From an uncultured virus (IMG/VR IMGVR_UViG_3300025120_000023) (lineage: Duplodnaviria > Heunggongvirae > Uroviricota > Caudoviricetes), in IMG/VR virus record IMGVR_UViG_3300025120_000023: DNA of 56,820 nt. One strand, written 5' to 3'. Of the stretch, positions 31,326-40,676 are shown one piece after another (the stretch's first letter is position 1; every line of letters starts with the position of its first letter). Position numbers and translations under genes: made by a program. A model generated the notes under the pieces. It saw only the letters and a list, made by a program, of their open reading frames with translations, searched no databases and was not told the origin of the DNA.

Positions 31326-31769
31326 TTAGTAGTTTGTTGGTGTTTCACTATCATTATCAAACGTAACATCTATCTGTCTTGTATCGAATTCGTTTCCAAT
31401 TAAATTTATACTTAATGAAATGCCTAATAAGTTTGGATTAGTTTCTGATCTTAATACTTCTAGTTTTTGAATATTAATATACGGCAATTGCACCTTAAAA
31501 CTCTCACGAATTAATTCATCTATTTCTTCTACAAATTCATCTGTATTATTGTTAAATAAAACTCCTCGCAAATTACAACCAAAAGTTGGACGCATAGGTC
31601 TTTCGCCATGGTTGGTGAGTAGTAGATTTTTAGCATTAGCCACCGCTTGATCTAGTGATGTGTAATTTAGAGCAAAACCAGACCCGCGGGATGAATTCAT
31701 AGGTAAATCAAAACCTATTGCTACATCTCGTTCAAAATCTAATGCTGGTTGGTTTATCTCTATTGCCAT
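31326..31769 (-). CDS. Baseplate wedge/sheath initiator (T4 gp25/GPW family)
   Basis: NLLLTNHGERPMRPTFGCNL signature; adjacent to the gp6-like gene. Confidence 0.9.
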   Translation of the reverse strand: MAIEINQPALDFERDVAIGFDLPMNSSRGSGFALNYTSLDQAVANAKNLLLTNHGERPMRPTFGCNLRGVLFNNNTDEFVEEIDELIRESFKVQLPYINIQKLEVLRSETNPNLLGISLSINLIGNEFDTRQIDVTFDNDSETPTNY

Positions 31770-32203
31770 TATCTATTATACTTTTTATCGTGTATTGCTT
31801 CTGCTGACTTCATAATTGATGAGTAGTCTTTAACAAAAGCGTCTGTTCCAGATGGAGGCATAGCTGTCTGTTGGCTAGCCATGTGTCCAAATCCTTGCGC
31901 TTGATCAGCTGTAAATTGTGGTGCCATTTCTGGATATGCTCCATCATCACCAAGTGGAGCTGCTTGACCATTTCTCATGGCATTTGCAGTTTCCATTAAT
32001 ATTCCATCCAAACTAGCATTTCCAGTCTTGTGAATTGGTTGCTGAGTTACTGGAGCGTGTGTGGTGCTATGTATATCATTAGCGCGCTCTTTGATTGGTT
32101 GTTTGTTTGTTTTTAGTGCTTCTCGTAACTCTTGTCGTATAACCGTTCGCACTTCCTTTCTGATAATCTCCTTTAGGAGTTTTGCAAAATCTATTGCTTT
32201 CAT
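31769..32203 (-). CDS. Hypothetical protein with leader-like N-terminus (LLKEIIRKEVR)
   Basis: 144-aa ORF after a late box; repeated (L/I)xE motifs. Confidence 0.65.
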   Translation of the reverse strand: MKAIDFAKLLKEIIRKEVRTVIRQELREALKTNKQPIKERANDIHSTTHAPVTQQPIHKTGNASLDGILMETANAMRNGQAAPLGDDGAYPEMAPQFTADQAQGFGHMASQQTAMPPSGTDAFVKDYSSIMKSAEAIHDKKYNR

Positions 32204-32221
32204 AATAATAGTGTTGTTTTA

Positions 32222-32230
32222 TATAAATAG
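32222..32230 (-). promoter_or_regulatory. Late-type promoter box CTATTTATA
   Basis: Intergenic; core 19 nt upstream of the ATG at 32203. Confidence 0.6.
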
Positions 32231-32238
32231 GCAAGTTT

Positions 32239-35200
32239 TTATTTATATCCAGTAAATGGAAACGGAGGAATTCCAGTTGCTGGATTAGGGATACATAATC
32301 CTTGCATTTGTGTTAATTGTGATTCAAAGTTTTTTGCTAACTCTCTTACTGATGGAGCTGTTCCCTCTAATCGTCCATCAATTCTTAGTTTTTTAAACGG
32401 TGGAATAGTGATTACTTGAAAAGTCGCTCCAGTTGTATTTGTCCACACAGCTCCAGTCCAAAACAATAATGACGCTATGTTGTAAGTTATAGATTGAGGA
32501 ATTAAGTCGTTTTGTAGTTTCTTTTTGAGGATAGCTTGCAGTCGATCTTCGTATTGCTTTTTTTCTTTATCAACTCTTCCTTTGACTTCTTTTTTTATAA
32601 AAGAAACAACTTTATCTATTTGTGTACGTACAAACACCTCAAAGCGTTCGAGTAGTTCTGTTATTTTTTCTATTAAAAATATTACAAACGAACCTCTGCC
32701 TTCATTTAGAATTTTATACATATCTCGTAGCACTTTGTACATTTTATTATCAGCAAGCTTTTCTCTTGCGGCTTGCAATTTTCTTTCCTTTGCCTCTTGC
32801 TTGTTTTTAAAACTGCTAGTAATCAGTCCTTCGTTAGTTCGATCTTCTTCCTTCTGCTCCTCTTCTTCAGGCTCTACAGCTCCTATCATTTGAGCTAGTA
32901 ACTTTTTGACTTTTATTAAATATTTTTGTTCTAAATTCATTAGAGGTGGGCCAAAGGATACTGGTTTAATCACCTCACTTAACAATCGTCCTTTAAGTTC
33001 AGTTTTCATATCTGTTATAGTAGCAATAAGTCCTTTTGGATTATTAGTTGGTCCTTCTATAAAATTTCTAAGAATTTCAAACGATTTATCAACTCCGCTT
33101 TGCGCTGCACCAGTTAAATCAATCTGTGGTTGATTTTGGATTCTTTTCACTAATAATTCTAAATCACGTTTGAGTTCTTCAACAAAATTTGTTGGTCCAT
33201 TTGCAATTTTAGTAGGATTATCTTTCAAACCTTTAAGAGTTAGAGTTGCAATAGATACCAATGTTTCAATTTGTTTTAAAGTAGTAATTTCTTTTAAAAA
33301 ACGCTTTTTGTCATCTTCTTGTTTTTTGTATGTAGCACTTTTAGCATCTACACCTACAGTAAAGAATTGGAATTTGGCATTAGCAATTTTTTGCAGAGGT
33401 TGTTCGTTTGAGGCGGAAGAAAAATCCTTTCCTGCTAGATTCTGTCCTATTAATACTGCGTTAGATGCTAGTAATGCACTTGCTTGTATTTTTTGTTTTG
33501 TTTGTTGTAATTTTACTTTATACTGCTTGATTGTTTCTTTTTTTTCTTCTATTGCAGCTCTTCTAGTTTCAACATCTTTTAACTCTTCTGGAATAGGTAG
33601 TGAGTTGATTATTGCAATTTCAATTTGTTTTGCTAGCACCTTTGCTTTTGCTATCTGCTCGTTAGCGAATTTTTCGGCTCGTTGCAGTTGTTTGTTCATA
33701 AAAATTTTTAGACGTAGCAATAATACATCTAGCTTTTGTAAAACAGTTATAAGTGTGTTTCTAGCTCTACGCTCTCTTTTAGTTTTTGTTCGTGCTGGTC
33801 TTTGTTTTTTGGGGAGGTTTTGTAACTCTCTTACTGCGTTTTCAATTTTTATAAACTGATCTTCTAACGAAAATATTTTATCCTCATATTGATCGTATTT
33901 GTTATCTGTTTTTTCTAGCAATTTTCTTATATCGATAAAATCAATTGTCAAAGATCCTACCGCTGCATTTATTGGTTGGTAAACTTGCTCAAGTCCACGT
34001 TTTGTTAGATAAGATCTCAATCGACCTGATGTATTTGAGCCAGACAAACTTATACTCTTAACCTCTTCAACATCGTTTTTAGTACGTTCTGCTATTGTTT
34101 TAAACTCTGTCTTTAGGGTTTCAACTTCATTTATAACATCTTCTGTCAATTTTGTACCTGCTGCTAATATTGCGGTTCCTTCCTTTGCTATGGTTGCTAC
34201 TAGCTTTATTGTTTTTTTAGCCTTAATAATATTAGCTTCATTTTCTTTTTTTAACCGCTTGGCATCGTCTATATATTTTTCAAACAACTTCACTCTCTCA
34301 GACTTCAGCTTTTTTCCAGTTATTTCACTAGCTTTTTTAGCAATTGCTTCTTTTTGTGCATCAAGTTGTTTGTTAATTCTAGTCTTTATGTTTGTTTTTT
34401 GGATTTCTATTTTTTTCTTTAATACTGCTATTTGAGGCTCTACAATAAATTTAATAAACTTAATAGCTTCTACAGCTTGATCAGCTTGTCTTAGTCTTTT
34501 TTTTGTAGCTTCAGTTATATATGATTTGTCAGCTATAAATTCAGTCATAATATCACTAAAGCTCTCAGGCTCTATTAATGATGTTACAATTTTTACAATT
34601 TTTTGAGCTGCTGTTGATAGTCGTTTTTTTATATATCTTTTAGTTTCGTTTTCGTTAGACGCTACACGATTAGCTTTCTCTATATACTGCGTAACAGTTA
34701 AAATATTATTGAAGGTTTGACGAATTTCATCAATTGAGCTAGCTTTAAATTCTAGATTTTTTAAGGTTTCTATCACGGCATACTCTTCTGGAAAGGTGTC
34801 TTTGAAGCTAACATTAACATCAATGTCGGATGCGGCAATTTGTTCTATCTCGTCAACGACTTTTAGTAAATCTGCTTTATATGATGCATACATTTCTTTA
34901 GCAGTATCACCCAATTCTTTTATGTAGATTGGAAGTTCTTTCACTTTTTGAGTTAAAGTCTTAATCAGAGTTATCTGACCTTGTATTAATTCTTTTTGAT
35001 ACTTTGCTTTTCTTATAATACCCTCTAATGCTCTCTTTTTCTGTTCTAAATTTCCTTTTTGTAATATTAGTTCTTTTGTATTGAAATAAGCAAACACAGC
35101 TCTATTAAACTTTTGCTTACTAACATCGTTAAACGGTAATCGAAAGCTGTCACCGGTACCGGTTCCTACTGGAGCAGGGGCTCCGGATGCTGCTGGTGCT

Positions 35201-35358
35201 GGAAGTGTTGGTGGTATTCCTATTGGTGCTCCTTTTTCTATTGTTCGCACATAATACTTAGTTACACCATTTGCAAAATCCTCAACGTCTTTAAAGCTGC
35301 CGTTTTGCAGATCTTTTAATAAAGGCTGGACAAAATCTAGTTCAAAGTTAATTGGCAT
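32239..35358 (-). CDS. Long Lys/Glu-rich coiled-coil protein in the baseplate block
   Basis: 1039 aa; helical K/E/Q-rich core flanked by short globular Pro/Gly-rich ends. Confidence 0.7.
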   Translation of the reverse strand: MPINFELDFVQPLLKDLQNGSFKDVEDFANGVTKYYVRTIEKGAPIGIPPTLPAPAASGAPAPVGTGTGDSFRLPFNDVSKQKFNRAVFAYFNTKELILQKGNLEQKKRALEGIIRKAKYQKELIQGQITLIKTLTQKVKELPIYIKELGDTAKEMYASYKADLLKVVDEIEQIAASDIDVNVSFKDTFPEEYAVIETLKNLEFKASSIDEIRQTFNNILTVTQYIEKANRVASNENETKRYIKKRLSTAAQKIVKIVTSLIEPESFSDIMTEFIADKSYITEATKKRLRQADQAVEAIKFIKFIVEPQIAVLKKKIEIQKTNIKTRINKQLDAQKEAIAKKASEITGKKLKSERVKLFEKYIDDAKRLKKENEANIIKAKKTIKLVATIAKEGTAILAAGTKLTEDVINEVETLKTEFKTIAERTKNDVEEVKSISLSGSNTSGRLRSYLTKRGLEQVYQPINAAVGSLTIDFIDIRKLLEKTDNKYDQYEDKIFSLEDQFIKIENAVRELQNLPKKQRPARTKTKRERRARNTLITVLQKLDVLLLRLKIFMNKQLQRAEKFANEQIAKAKVLAKQIEIAIINSLPIPEELKDVETRRAAIEEKKETIKQYKVKLQQTKQKIQASALLASNAVLIGQNLAGKDFSSASNEQPLQKIANAKFQFFTVGVDAKSATYKKQEDDKKRFLKEITTLKQIETLVSIATLTLKGLKDNPTKIANGPTNFVEELKRDLELLVKRIQNQPQIDLTGAAQSGVDKSFEILRNFIEGPTNNPKGLIATITDMKTELKGRLLSEVIKPVSFGPPLMNLEQKYLIKVKKLLAQMIGAVEPEEEEQKEEDRTNEGLITSSFKNKQEAKERKLQAAREKLADNKMYKVLRDMYKILNEGRGSFVIFLIEKITELLERFEVFVRTQIDKVVSFIKKEVKGRVDKEKKQYEDRLQAILKKKLQNDLIPQSITYNIASLLFWTGAVWTNTTGATFQVITIPPFKKLRIDGRLEGTAPSVRELAKNFESQLTQMQGLCIPNPATGIPPFPFTGYK

Positions 35359-36779
35359 TATATTGGTATATTATCTAGTCCAAGATCTGAGTACCACAAC
35401 TTTGTACACTTGGCTTTTGGTCCTTTCAATGCCATTTGAGGTCTATATTCAAAGTGCCATTCCTCCGAGTTTACTGTTCTTATAAATCCAAATTTATGAG
35501 CATTAAACGCTAACCATTTATAAACAGCTACATTAAGAGATCCTCCAAATCCGGTACGAGAGCCGGTGTTAAAATCTAAAGAGATTCCACTACCATGGTT
35601 TGATCTTCCTGGAGGAGCAGTTGCTGCAATGAATGCACCTGACGTAGCATACCATATAAAAGCCTCTTTGCCGCTTTTTGGACCAAACAATCCGCTAGCG
35701 CCTACACTTCCATTATTGGTTACGTATTTTGTCCAGTGTGGGTGGAGTGGTTTAGTTACGGTTTTACCTTTACTATTTTTATATGTTGAGCCATCCTTCC
35801 ATCTACCAGGATCTCTTCTTAAACTTTCTTGTGTTGTAAATTTACCATTTACTCCACTATCTGATACCCATTTTACACTTGGACCTGCTGCCGGTCGGAA
35901 ACCTGAGTTGCACGTCAAGGTTACACCTGCTGCTTTTGCAGCTACATTCATTCTTTGGAATGCTGTAATGGTTTCCTTAGTTCCAGATTGTTTGTTTATT
36001 CGATATAATATACTGAAAGCCTTTCCGTTATTGTCTTGTACCGATGAGCCACCTAATCTTATTGGATCCAAGTCTCCAGATACTGGATCTTTTGCTGCTT
36101 GAATTGCTGAAGATTTTAGTTGAATTGCTGATGCTGGTATTGCTGTTTGTTGGAATCTATTTACTAGATTAATAATAGCTGTTGTGCTAGTTGCTTGCTC
36201 TTTTGTTTGCTTAAATCCTATGTAGTATAATCCAACATTTCCATAGAAAGTTAAGCCATATAGTAGAGCATTGTTTTGTAACCATTTTTTTATTGCACCA
36301 TCATACTCTTCAATCATAATAATACGACCATGTCGTCTTGGGTCTAAGTCTGTTGTGTTGGGTACACTATACACATTTGCAGGAGCTGCGCTTCCGCTTG
36401 CTGCAGATTTGAAAGGAACAGCTAGTGGTGGATCAAACGCTCCTTTTGCTTTAGTGACACAATCGTTAATATACGTTTCTAGTTTTGAGTAGTCCGATCC
36501 TTGTGCAATCTCCAACATCTCTTTTGCTGGATCTAATAATGGGGACAATGCAGCATCAAAACTCTCCACTCCTGGAGGTGCTGCTGTTTTAAACTCATCT
36601 CGCAGTTTTTTGCGGAGATCATCAACTACCTCAAACTTTGATAAGTAGCTTGGTTGCAGCACCAACTCTTTTGTAGTGCTTTCTCGTAGTTTTGCATTTA
36701 GTGCTTGAAAATAGTCATATGCTTCTCTAAATACTACATTATCTCCAAATTGTGCTAATTTTCCTTCTAATGATGCCAT
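35358..36779 (-). CDS. Virion-associated M15B (VanY-like) zinc peptidase
   Basis: SGFR, PPGRSNHGSGISLD (H and D ligands), WLAFNAHKFGF and EEWH motifs. Confidence 0.82.
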   Translation of the reverse strand: MASLEGKLAQFGDNVVFREAYDYFQALNAKLRESTTKELVLQPSYLSKFEVVDDLRKKLRDEFKTAAPPGVESFDAALSPLLDPAKEMLEIAQGSDYSKLETYINDCVTKAKGAFDPPLAVPFKSAASGSAAPANVYSVPNTTDLDPRRHGRIIMIEEYDGAIKKWLQNNALLYGLTFYGNVGLYYIGFKQTKEQATSTTAIINLVNRFQQTAIPASAIQLKSSAIQAAKDPVSGDLDPIRLGGSSVQDNNGKAFSILYRINKQSGTKETITAFQRMNVAAKAAGVTLTCNSGFRPAAGPSVKWVSDSGVNGKFTTQESLRRDPGRWKDGSTYKNSKGKTVTKPLHPHWTKYVTNNGSVGASGLFGPKSGKEAFIWYATSGAFIAATAPPGRSNHGSGISLDFNTGSRTGFGGSLNVAVYKWLAFNAHKFGFIRTVNSEEWHFEYRPQMALKGPKAKCTKLWYSDLGLDNIPI

Positions 36780-36783
36780 AATA

Positions 36784-37740
36784 TTAACTTAATTCATCTC
36801 CATACAGTGGTGATGCAGGTGTATCGTAAAATCCTGGAACTGCTGCCATTGGGTTAGTTACTGGATTTGGTGGTGGTCCTGCTTGTCCAGGTCCTCCAGG
36901 TCCAACTGTACCCGTAGTTACTCCAGTTAAAGTTCTTGGTGGAACATAATCTTTAGCTTTTTCTTTGGCTGCTTTTACAGTCTTCAATCTCTCTGCATCA
37001 ACTGTTCCATGAGTTAAACCGTCTATATATCCATATTCACTTATGATTTCAGGTAATCTAGTTTTTAATAACTCAAACTCTGCCAAAGATGATGGTTGAA
37101 ATACTCCATTACCTAATGGTCCAGCTATTTCTGAATTTTCTAGGGTTACAATAAAGTCTTCTAGAAAATTAATAAGTTTAATGCCTAAGGCTAAAGGCTC
37201 GTATAATTCGTCTGGTGTTGGATCTCCTACCGACTTTCCTGGATCTCTTGCTTTGCTCAAGTCTTCGGTTATTTCCTTGCCTCGATTAGGAACACCTATA
37301 AACACCTGCTCATGACCAAATAATGTTATAGCTTTTCCAGAATCAACATTAACTGCTTCTGGTGATGCTATTGCTACTCCTTTTTTTCCAAACATCATTG
37401 CGTAATCGTCTTTAGCGTTTATAACAACACGACTACTGTTTAAAAATATGCTACCGCCAACTGCTCCAGGAGCGTATGTATTAAAGCTTCGTTCGTTTAT
37501 TCCAAGAAGCTTTTCTACATCTTGCGCTGTTCCTTTGACTTTTAGATCGAAGGTTGTGTCAGATTCTTCAGCAAAGGAAAGAGCCATTACTTCGTCTTGA
37601 TACTTACCTATATCAATAGTCGTCTTTCCGGTGAATTGTTGACCAGGTTGTGGTGCTGTCACGGTAGCTGCTATGGCAGGAGGCAGTCCTCCATTTTGAG
37701 CGACAATCTGCTTTATCTGATCGTAAGTGTATACTGCCAT
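36784..37740 (-). CDS. Baseplate spike-like protein (gp5 C-terminal beta-repeat part)
   Basis: IFLNSSRVVINAKDD followed by short beta repeats and ALGIKL; baseplate context. Confidence 0.5.
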   Translation of the reverse strand: MAVYTYDQIKQIVAQNGGLPPAIAATVTAPQPGQQFTGKTTIDIGKYQDEVMALSFAEESDTTFDLKVKGTAQDVEKLLGINERSFNTYAPGAVGGSIFLNSSRVVINAKDDYAMMFGKKGVAIASPEAVNVDSGKAITLFGHEQVFIGVPNRGKEITEDLSKARDPGKSVGDPTPDELYEPLALGIKLINFLEDFIVTLENSEIAGPLGNGVFQPSSLAEFELLKTRLPEIISEYGYIDGLTHGTVDAERLKTVKAAKEKAKDYVPPRTLTGVTTGTVGPGGPGQAGPPPNPVTNPMAAVPGFYDTPASPLYGDELS

Positions 37741-38876
37741 TAGTCTCCTATTTCGAGTTTGAATTGAGCAGCTAACGCAGCTGCCATTGCTTTCATTCTA
37801 GCTCCACATTTGGGTGAGTATTGAAATTCATTTGCTCCATTATTGTGAACGCGCTCATTTATTATGATTAGCATATTAACAAGCGATTTTGGATTCTTGA
37901 AAAATCTATCAAACCACCCCTGATAAAAATCTTTGTTTTCGTTTGTTTTTTGTGCTTGTATCCATTTGTATTGTGCTTGTATAGCTGCTACGCAACATCC
38001 TATACTCTTTACATCATGAGATGTAGGACTATCATTAAATGTAAACTTATTTGAATCAAATGGAAAGATACTAAACGATTTTTTTTCTTCTGCTTGGATA
38101 CCTCTTTTAATTAAAGCAGTATCACCTCCATTCCAACCAATCATCATATTAAAATAACCCAAATATGAATTTAGATTAGCACCTGTCAGTATTGGACGTC
38201 CTAGTGTGGGATTGTTTCCGTATTGGCTAATCCACCAAACCTTTGCTGCTTGTTCGGTTGTAAACACTTCTTGCAGAAATGCTTTAGTTTTGGATTGATC
38301 TACATCTCCTGCATTACTAGATGTTCCTGACTTATTATCAAACGCTGTCTTAGGCGTGTATCGTGTGTAAGACTTGGTCCACATCATTATTTCAGTATAC
38401 GCTTGTGTAAGGTCACTAAAGTATCCTGCTTCTAAAGGTGCAAAAGCAAAGTCTAATTTTCTAGCATAAGGTTTTCCACGACCACTGCTGTGCATCTTCA
38501 TCACAGTTTTCATAGCAATTCCTCTCATAGAGGTCAGCTCCTTTGCTGTTGGATGATCTACTAATGCCACATCAACTTCCTTAATACTAGGCCACCAAAC
38601 TCCATCAACAATTTTCCACATTGTATCTGGATCAATTCCGTTTATATCTTCTGTTTGGTACCTTGCTTTATTCTTTGCAATAATTTCTTGGATTCTTGTG
38701 TTTAGAACATCCTTAGCAGTTGCAGGTCCCGCTCTTAACACTTTTAAATAATCTGCCCATAAGGTAGAATTAGTTCCAGCTACAATACGAATCACATGAG
38801 CACGCGCAAGCTCATCACCCTTCTCAGTTATGAGTCCGTTAAACTTATCAATTGTATCTTTTGGTATTGCTCCCAT
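37740..38876 (-). CDS. Divergent GH108-like lysozyme with PG-binding C-terminus
   Basis: KEVDVALVDHP...TSMRGI, TTEQAAKVWW...Y, WNGG and FYQGWFDR follow the GH108/PG_binding_3 motif order. Confidence 0.5.
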   Translation of the reverse strand: MGAIPKDTIDKFNGLITEKGDELARAHVIRIVAGTNSTLWADYLKVLRAGPATAKDVLNTRIQEIIAKNKARYQTEDINGIDPDTMWKIVDGVWWPSIKEVDVALVDHPTAKELTSMRGIAMKTVMKMHSSGRGKPYARKLDFAFAPLEAGYFSDLTQAYTEIMMWTKSYTRYTPKTAFDNKSGTSSNAGDVDQSKTKAFLQEVFTTEQAAKVWWISQYGNNPTLGRPILTGANLNSYLGYFNMMIGWNGGDTALIKRGIQAEEKKSFSIFPFDSNKFTFNDSPTSHDVKSIGCCVAAIQAQYKWIQAQKTNENKDFYQGWFDRFFKNPKSLVNMLIIINERVHNNGANEFQYSPKCGARMKAMAAALAAQFKLEIGD

Positions 38877-38878
38877 AA

Positions 38879-40054
38879 TTAATCTTGTGCTCCACTTAAA
38901 CCAGTTTGACCTTGTGTATAGAATCCGTTGTATCCTTCGCTAGCTGGGTCATTTGATTCTCCATCTGAAATTGGTGTTTCGTCTTGAGAAGTTGTATCGT
39001 CTGGTGATGGTTGTTCTGAGGGTGGCTCTTCGTTTACTTTAACATCCTCGCCCTTGTTTCCCTCCTTCGGTGCTGTTTTATTTGCTCCACTCCTAGCATC
39101 CTCTCCATCCTTAGCTTTGTTAGCAGTTTTTTTGACATCAGTGGAAAGCTCAATACCATATGTATTAGCCCAAGAAGCTAATGGATGAGCTAAATCATTT
39201 CCATCAGGTAAGGCTAATTTTATTGGTATTTGTTGTGTAGAAGTTAAGTACATTGAAGTTGCATCAACATTAACATCTTCTGATTGGTATGATTTGTTTT
39301 CACTCTCAGACGCTGTGTTTTTATCATTATCTACTCGCATAAGGATAATAGGATCTCCAGGCACTCCAGCTTCTGTTTGAGCAAATTGTTGCTCTTTTAT
39401 TACCTTAGTAAGGTTTGCAGGGTCGGGTGTTCCTGCAAATCTGATACTTCCTCCAAACCGACCTTGCAATACAAAATCACCCTCATTCAATGCTACTTGC
39501 TTATGTACAATAGATTTGTTTTGGTTGTTTTTAAATGCGCCTAAACTTTTAATTTTTTTATCAAATCTGCGAGACAACTCTCCTACTGTTCTCTGTCCTG
39601 GAAGGAATGGATTAATCCTATCAGGATCAATTCCAATAAATGGTGCAGAGTTTGATGTGATGTTAGCACTAGTACCAACTACTGGACCGTAGAAGGTTTC
39701 TGTAGTCATGAATACGTCAGGGCCATCAAGTTTGCTTGATTTAGCATCAAAGATTAAAACCTGCTCTCCCGGTAACGGTACTTTAAAATTACTACGATCG
39801 AGCGGATTTGCTTGTCGTGCTAACAAAGCTTCCATGAAACTAAAAGAAGTTCCTCCAGGTGACGCAAAAGCGTTTCGATAAAATACAGTACCTATTATTC
39901 TGTTTTGATCTGGATCATAGGAGGGGTGATTTTCATTTAGGATAACATCCAACACATGACCCACTCCAGACCGATTAAATGGTAAATACGGTTGAGGTGG
40001 TACTGGTGCTGGCGATGCTTTAAGAGCGCCAAATAATCCGCTGAAAAATCCCAT
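38879..40054 (-). CDS. Baseplate hub/spike protein (gp5 N-terminal OB-fold-like part)
   Basis: VPLPGEQVLI (PxxGexV motif of gp5/VgrG OB folds) and EGDFVLQGRFGGSIRF. Confidence 0.55.
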   Translation of the reverse strand: MGFFSGLFGALKASPAPVPPQPYLPFNRSGVGHVLDVILNENHPSYDPDQNRIIGTVFYRNAFASPGGTSFSFMEALLARQANPLDRSNFKVPLPGEQVLIFDAKSSKLDGPDVFMTTETFYGPVVGTSANITSNSAPFIGIDPDRINPFLPGQRTVGELSRRFDKKIKSLGAFKNNQNKSIVHKQVALNEGDFVLQGRFGGSIRFAGTPDPANLTKVIKEQQFAQTEAGVPGDPIILMRVDNDKNTASESENKSYQSEDVNVDATSMYLTSTQQIPIKLALPDGNDLAHPLASWANTYGIELSTDVKKTANKAKDGEDARSGANKTAPKEGNKGEDVKVNEEPPSEQPSPDDTTSQDETPISDGESNDPASEGYNGFYTQGQTGLSGAQD

Positions 40055-40057
40055 ATT

Positions 40058-40399
40058 CTATCCTTTATCTAGTAAATCTTGTGCTGCATCCATTAATTGT
40101 TGCTTTTCAGCCTCAGACAACATGCCATCATCTGTGTTAGTATTCTTATTGCTGGATACTAGCAATCGTTGCACAATCGCTGTCAATTTCACTAAATTGT
40201 CATCGTTTTTCACTGAGACCTCAAGATACTCTTTAACTAAAGGAACCATCATAGATGCATCAGTCATATTACGAATCATTGGTTTGAGTTGATTGATCAG
40301 CTCAGTGATTTGCTTCTCTTTCTTTTTAGTGTTATTGTAAATGTCTGCTAAAAGATCAGAAAAGTTTTTATTATCAAATAGTGGTGAATCTTTATCCAT
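40058..40399 (-). CDS. Hypothetical helical phage protein (start revised to 40399)
   Basis: The ATG at 40399 (MDKDSPLF) follows a late box; the longer track start runs through the promoter and overlaps the upstream gene. Confidence 0.7.
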   Translation of the reverse strand: MDKDSPLFDNKNFSDLLADIYNNTKKKEKQITELINQLKPMIRNMTDASMMVPLVKEYLEVSVKNDDNLVKLTAIVQRLLVSSNKNTNTDDGMLSEAEKQQLMDAAQDLLDKG

Positions 40400-40410
40400 A
40401 GTGCTTTTTA

Positions 40411-40419
40411 TATAAATAG
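40411..40419 (-). promoter_or_regulatory. Late-type promoter box CTATTTATA heading the baseplate operon
   Basis: Core 12 nt upstream of the ATG at 40399. Confidence 0.6.
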
Positions 40420-40433
40420 GTGAAAAGTAAGTT

Positions 40434-40676
40434 TTACGAAACTCCTCTACTTTCAATATCCTCTAAATACTCATACAACTTCTTGATGCGAATACCAGCT
40501 GTCCAAGCTATTCTATTTTCATAGAATCCCAACTCTGTTAACTTACCCTCTATGTCTGGCTCTAAAGGATCAAACTCAAATGCGTGCAAGTTTGGTGTAC
40601 CACAAACATCTTCCCATGCTTTGATTTCATCTAAAATAAAATCTCGAATATAGTCTTGAGATACGTTTATTAACAC
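40434..40676 (-). CDS. Hypothetical acidic protein
   Basis: 80 aa; the GTG start overlaps the stop of the sigma-like gene. Confidence 0.55.
   Translation of the reverse strand: MLINVSQDYIRDFILDEIKAWEDVCGTPNLHAFEFDPLEPDIEGKLTELGFYENRIAWTAGIRIKKLYEYLEDIESRGVS

Noticed and set aside
32239..35358. Calling the 1039-aa coiled-coil the tape measure protein
   Set aside because: It is K/E-rich rather than Ala/Gly-rich, and no tail tube or chaperone genes are adjacent; left as unknown.
40400..40456. ORF-track start at 40456
   Set aside because: It runs through the late box and overlaps the upstream gene; the ATG at 40399 fits better.
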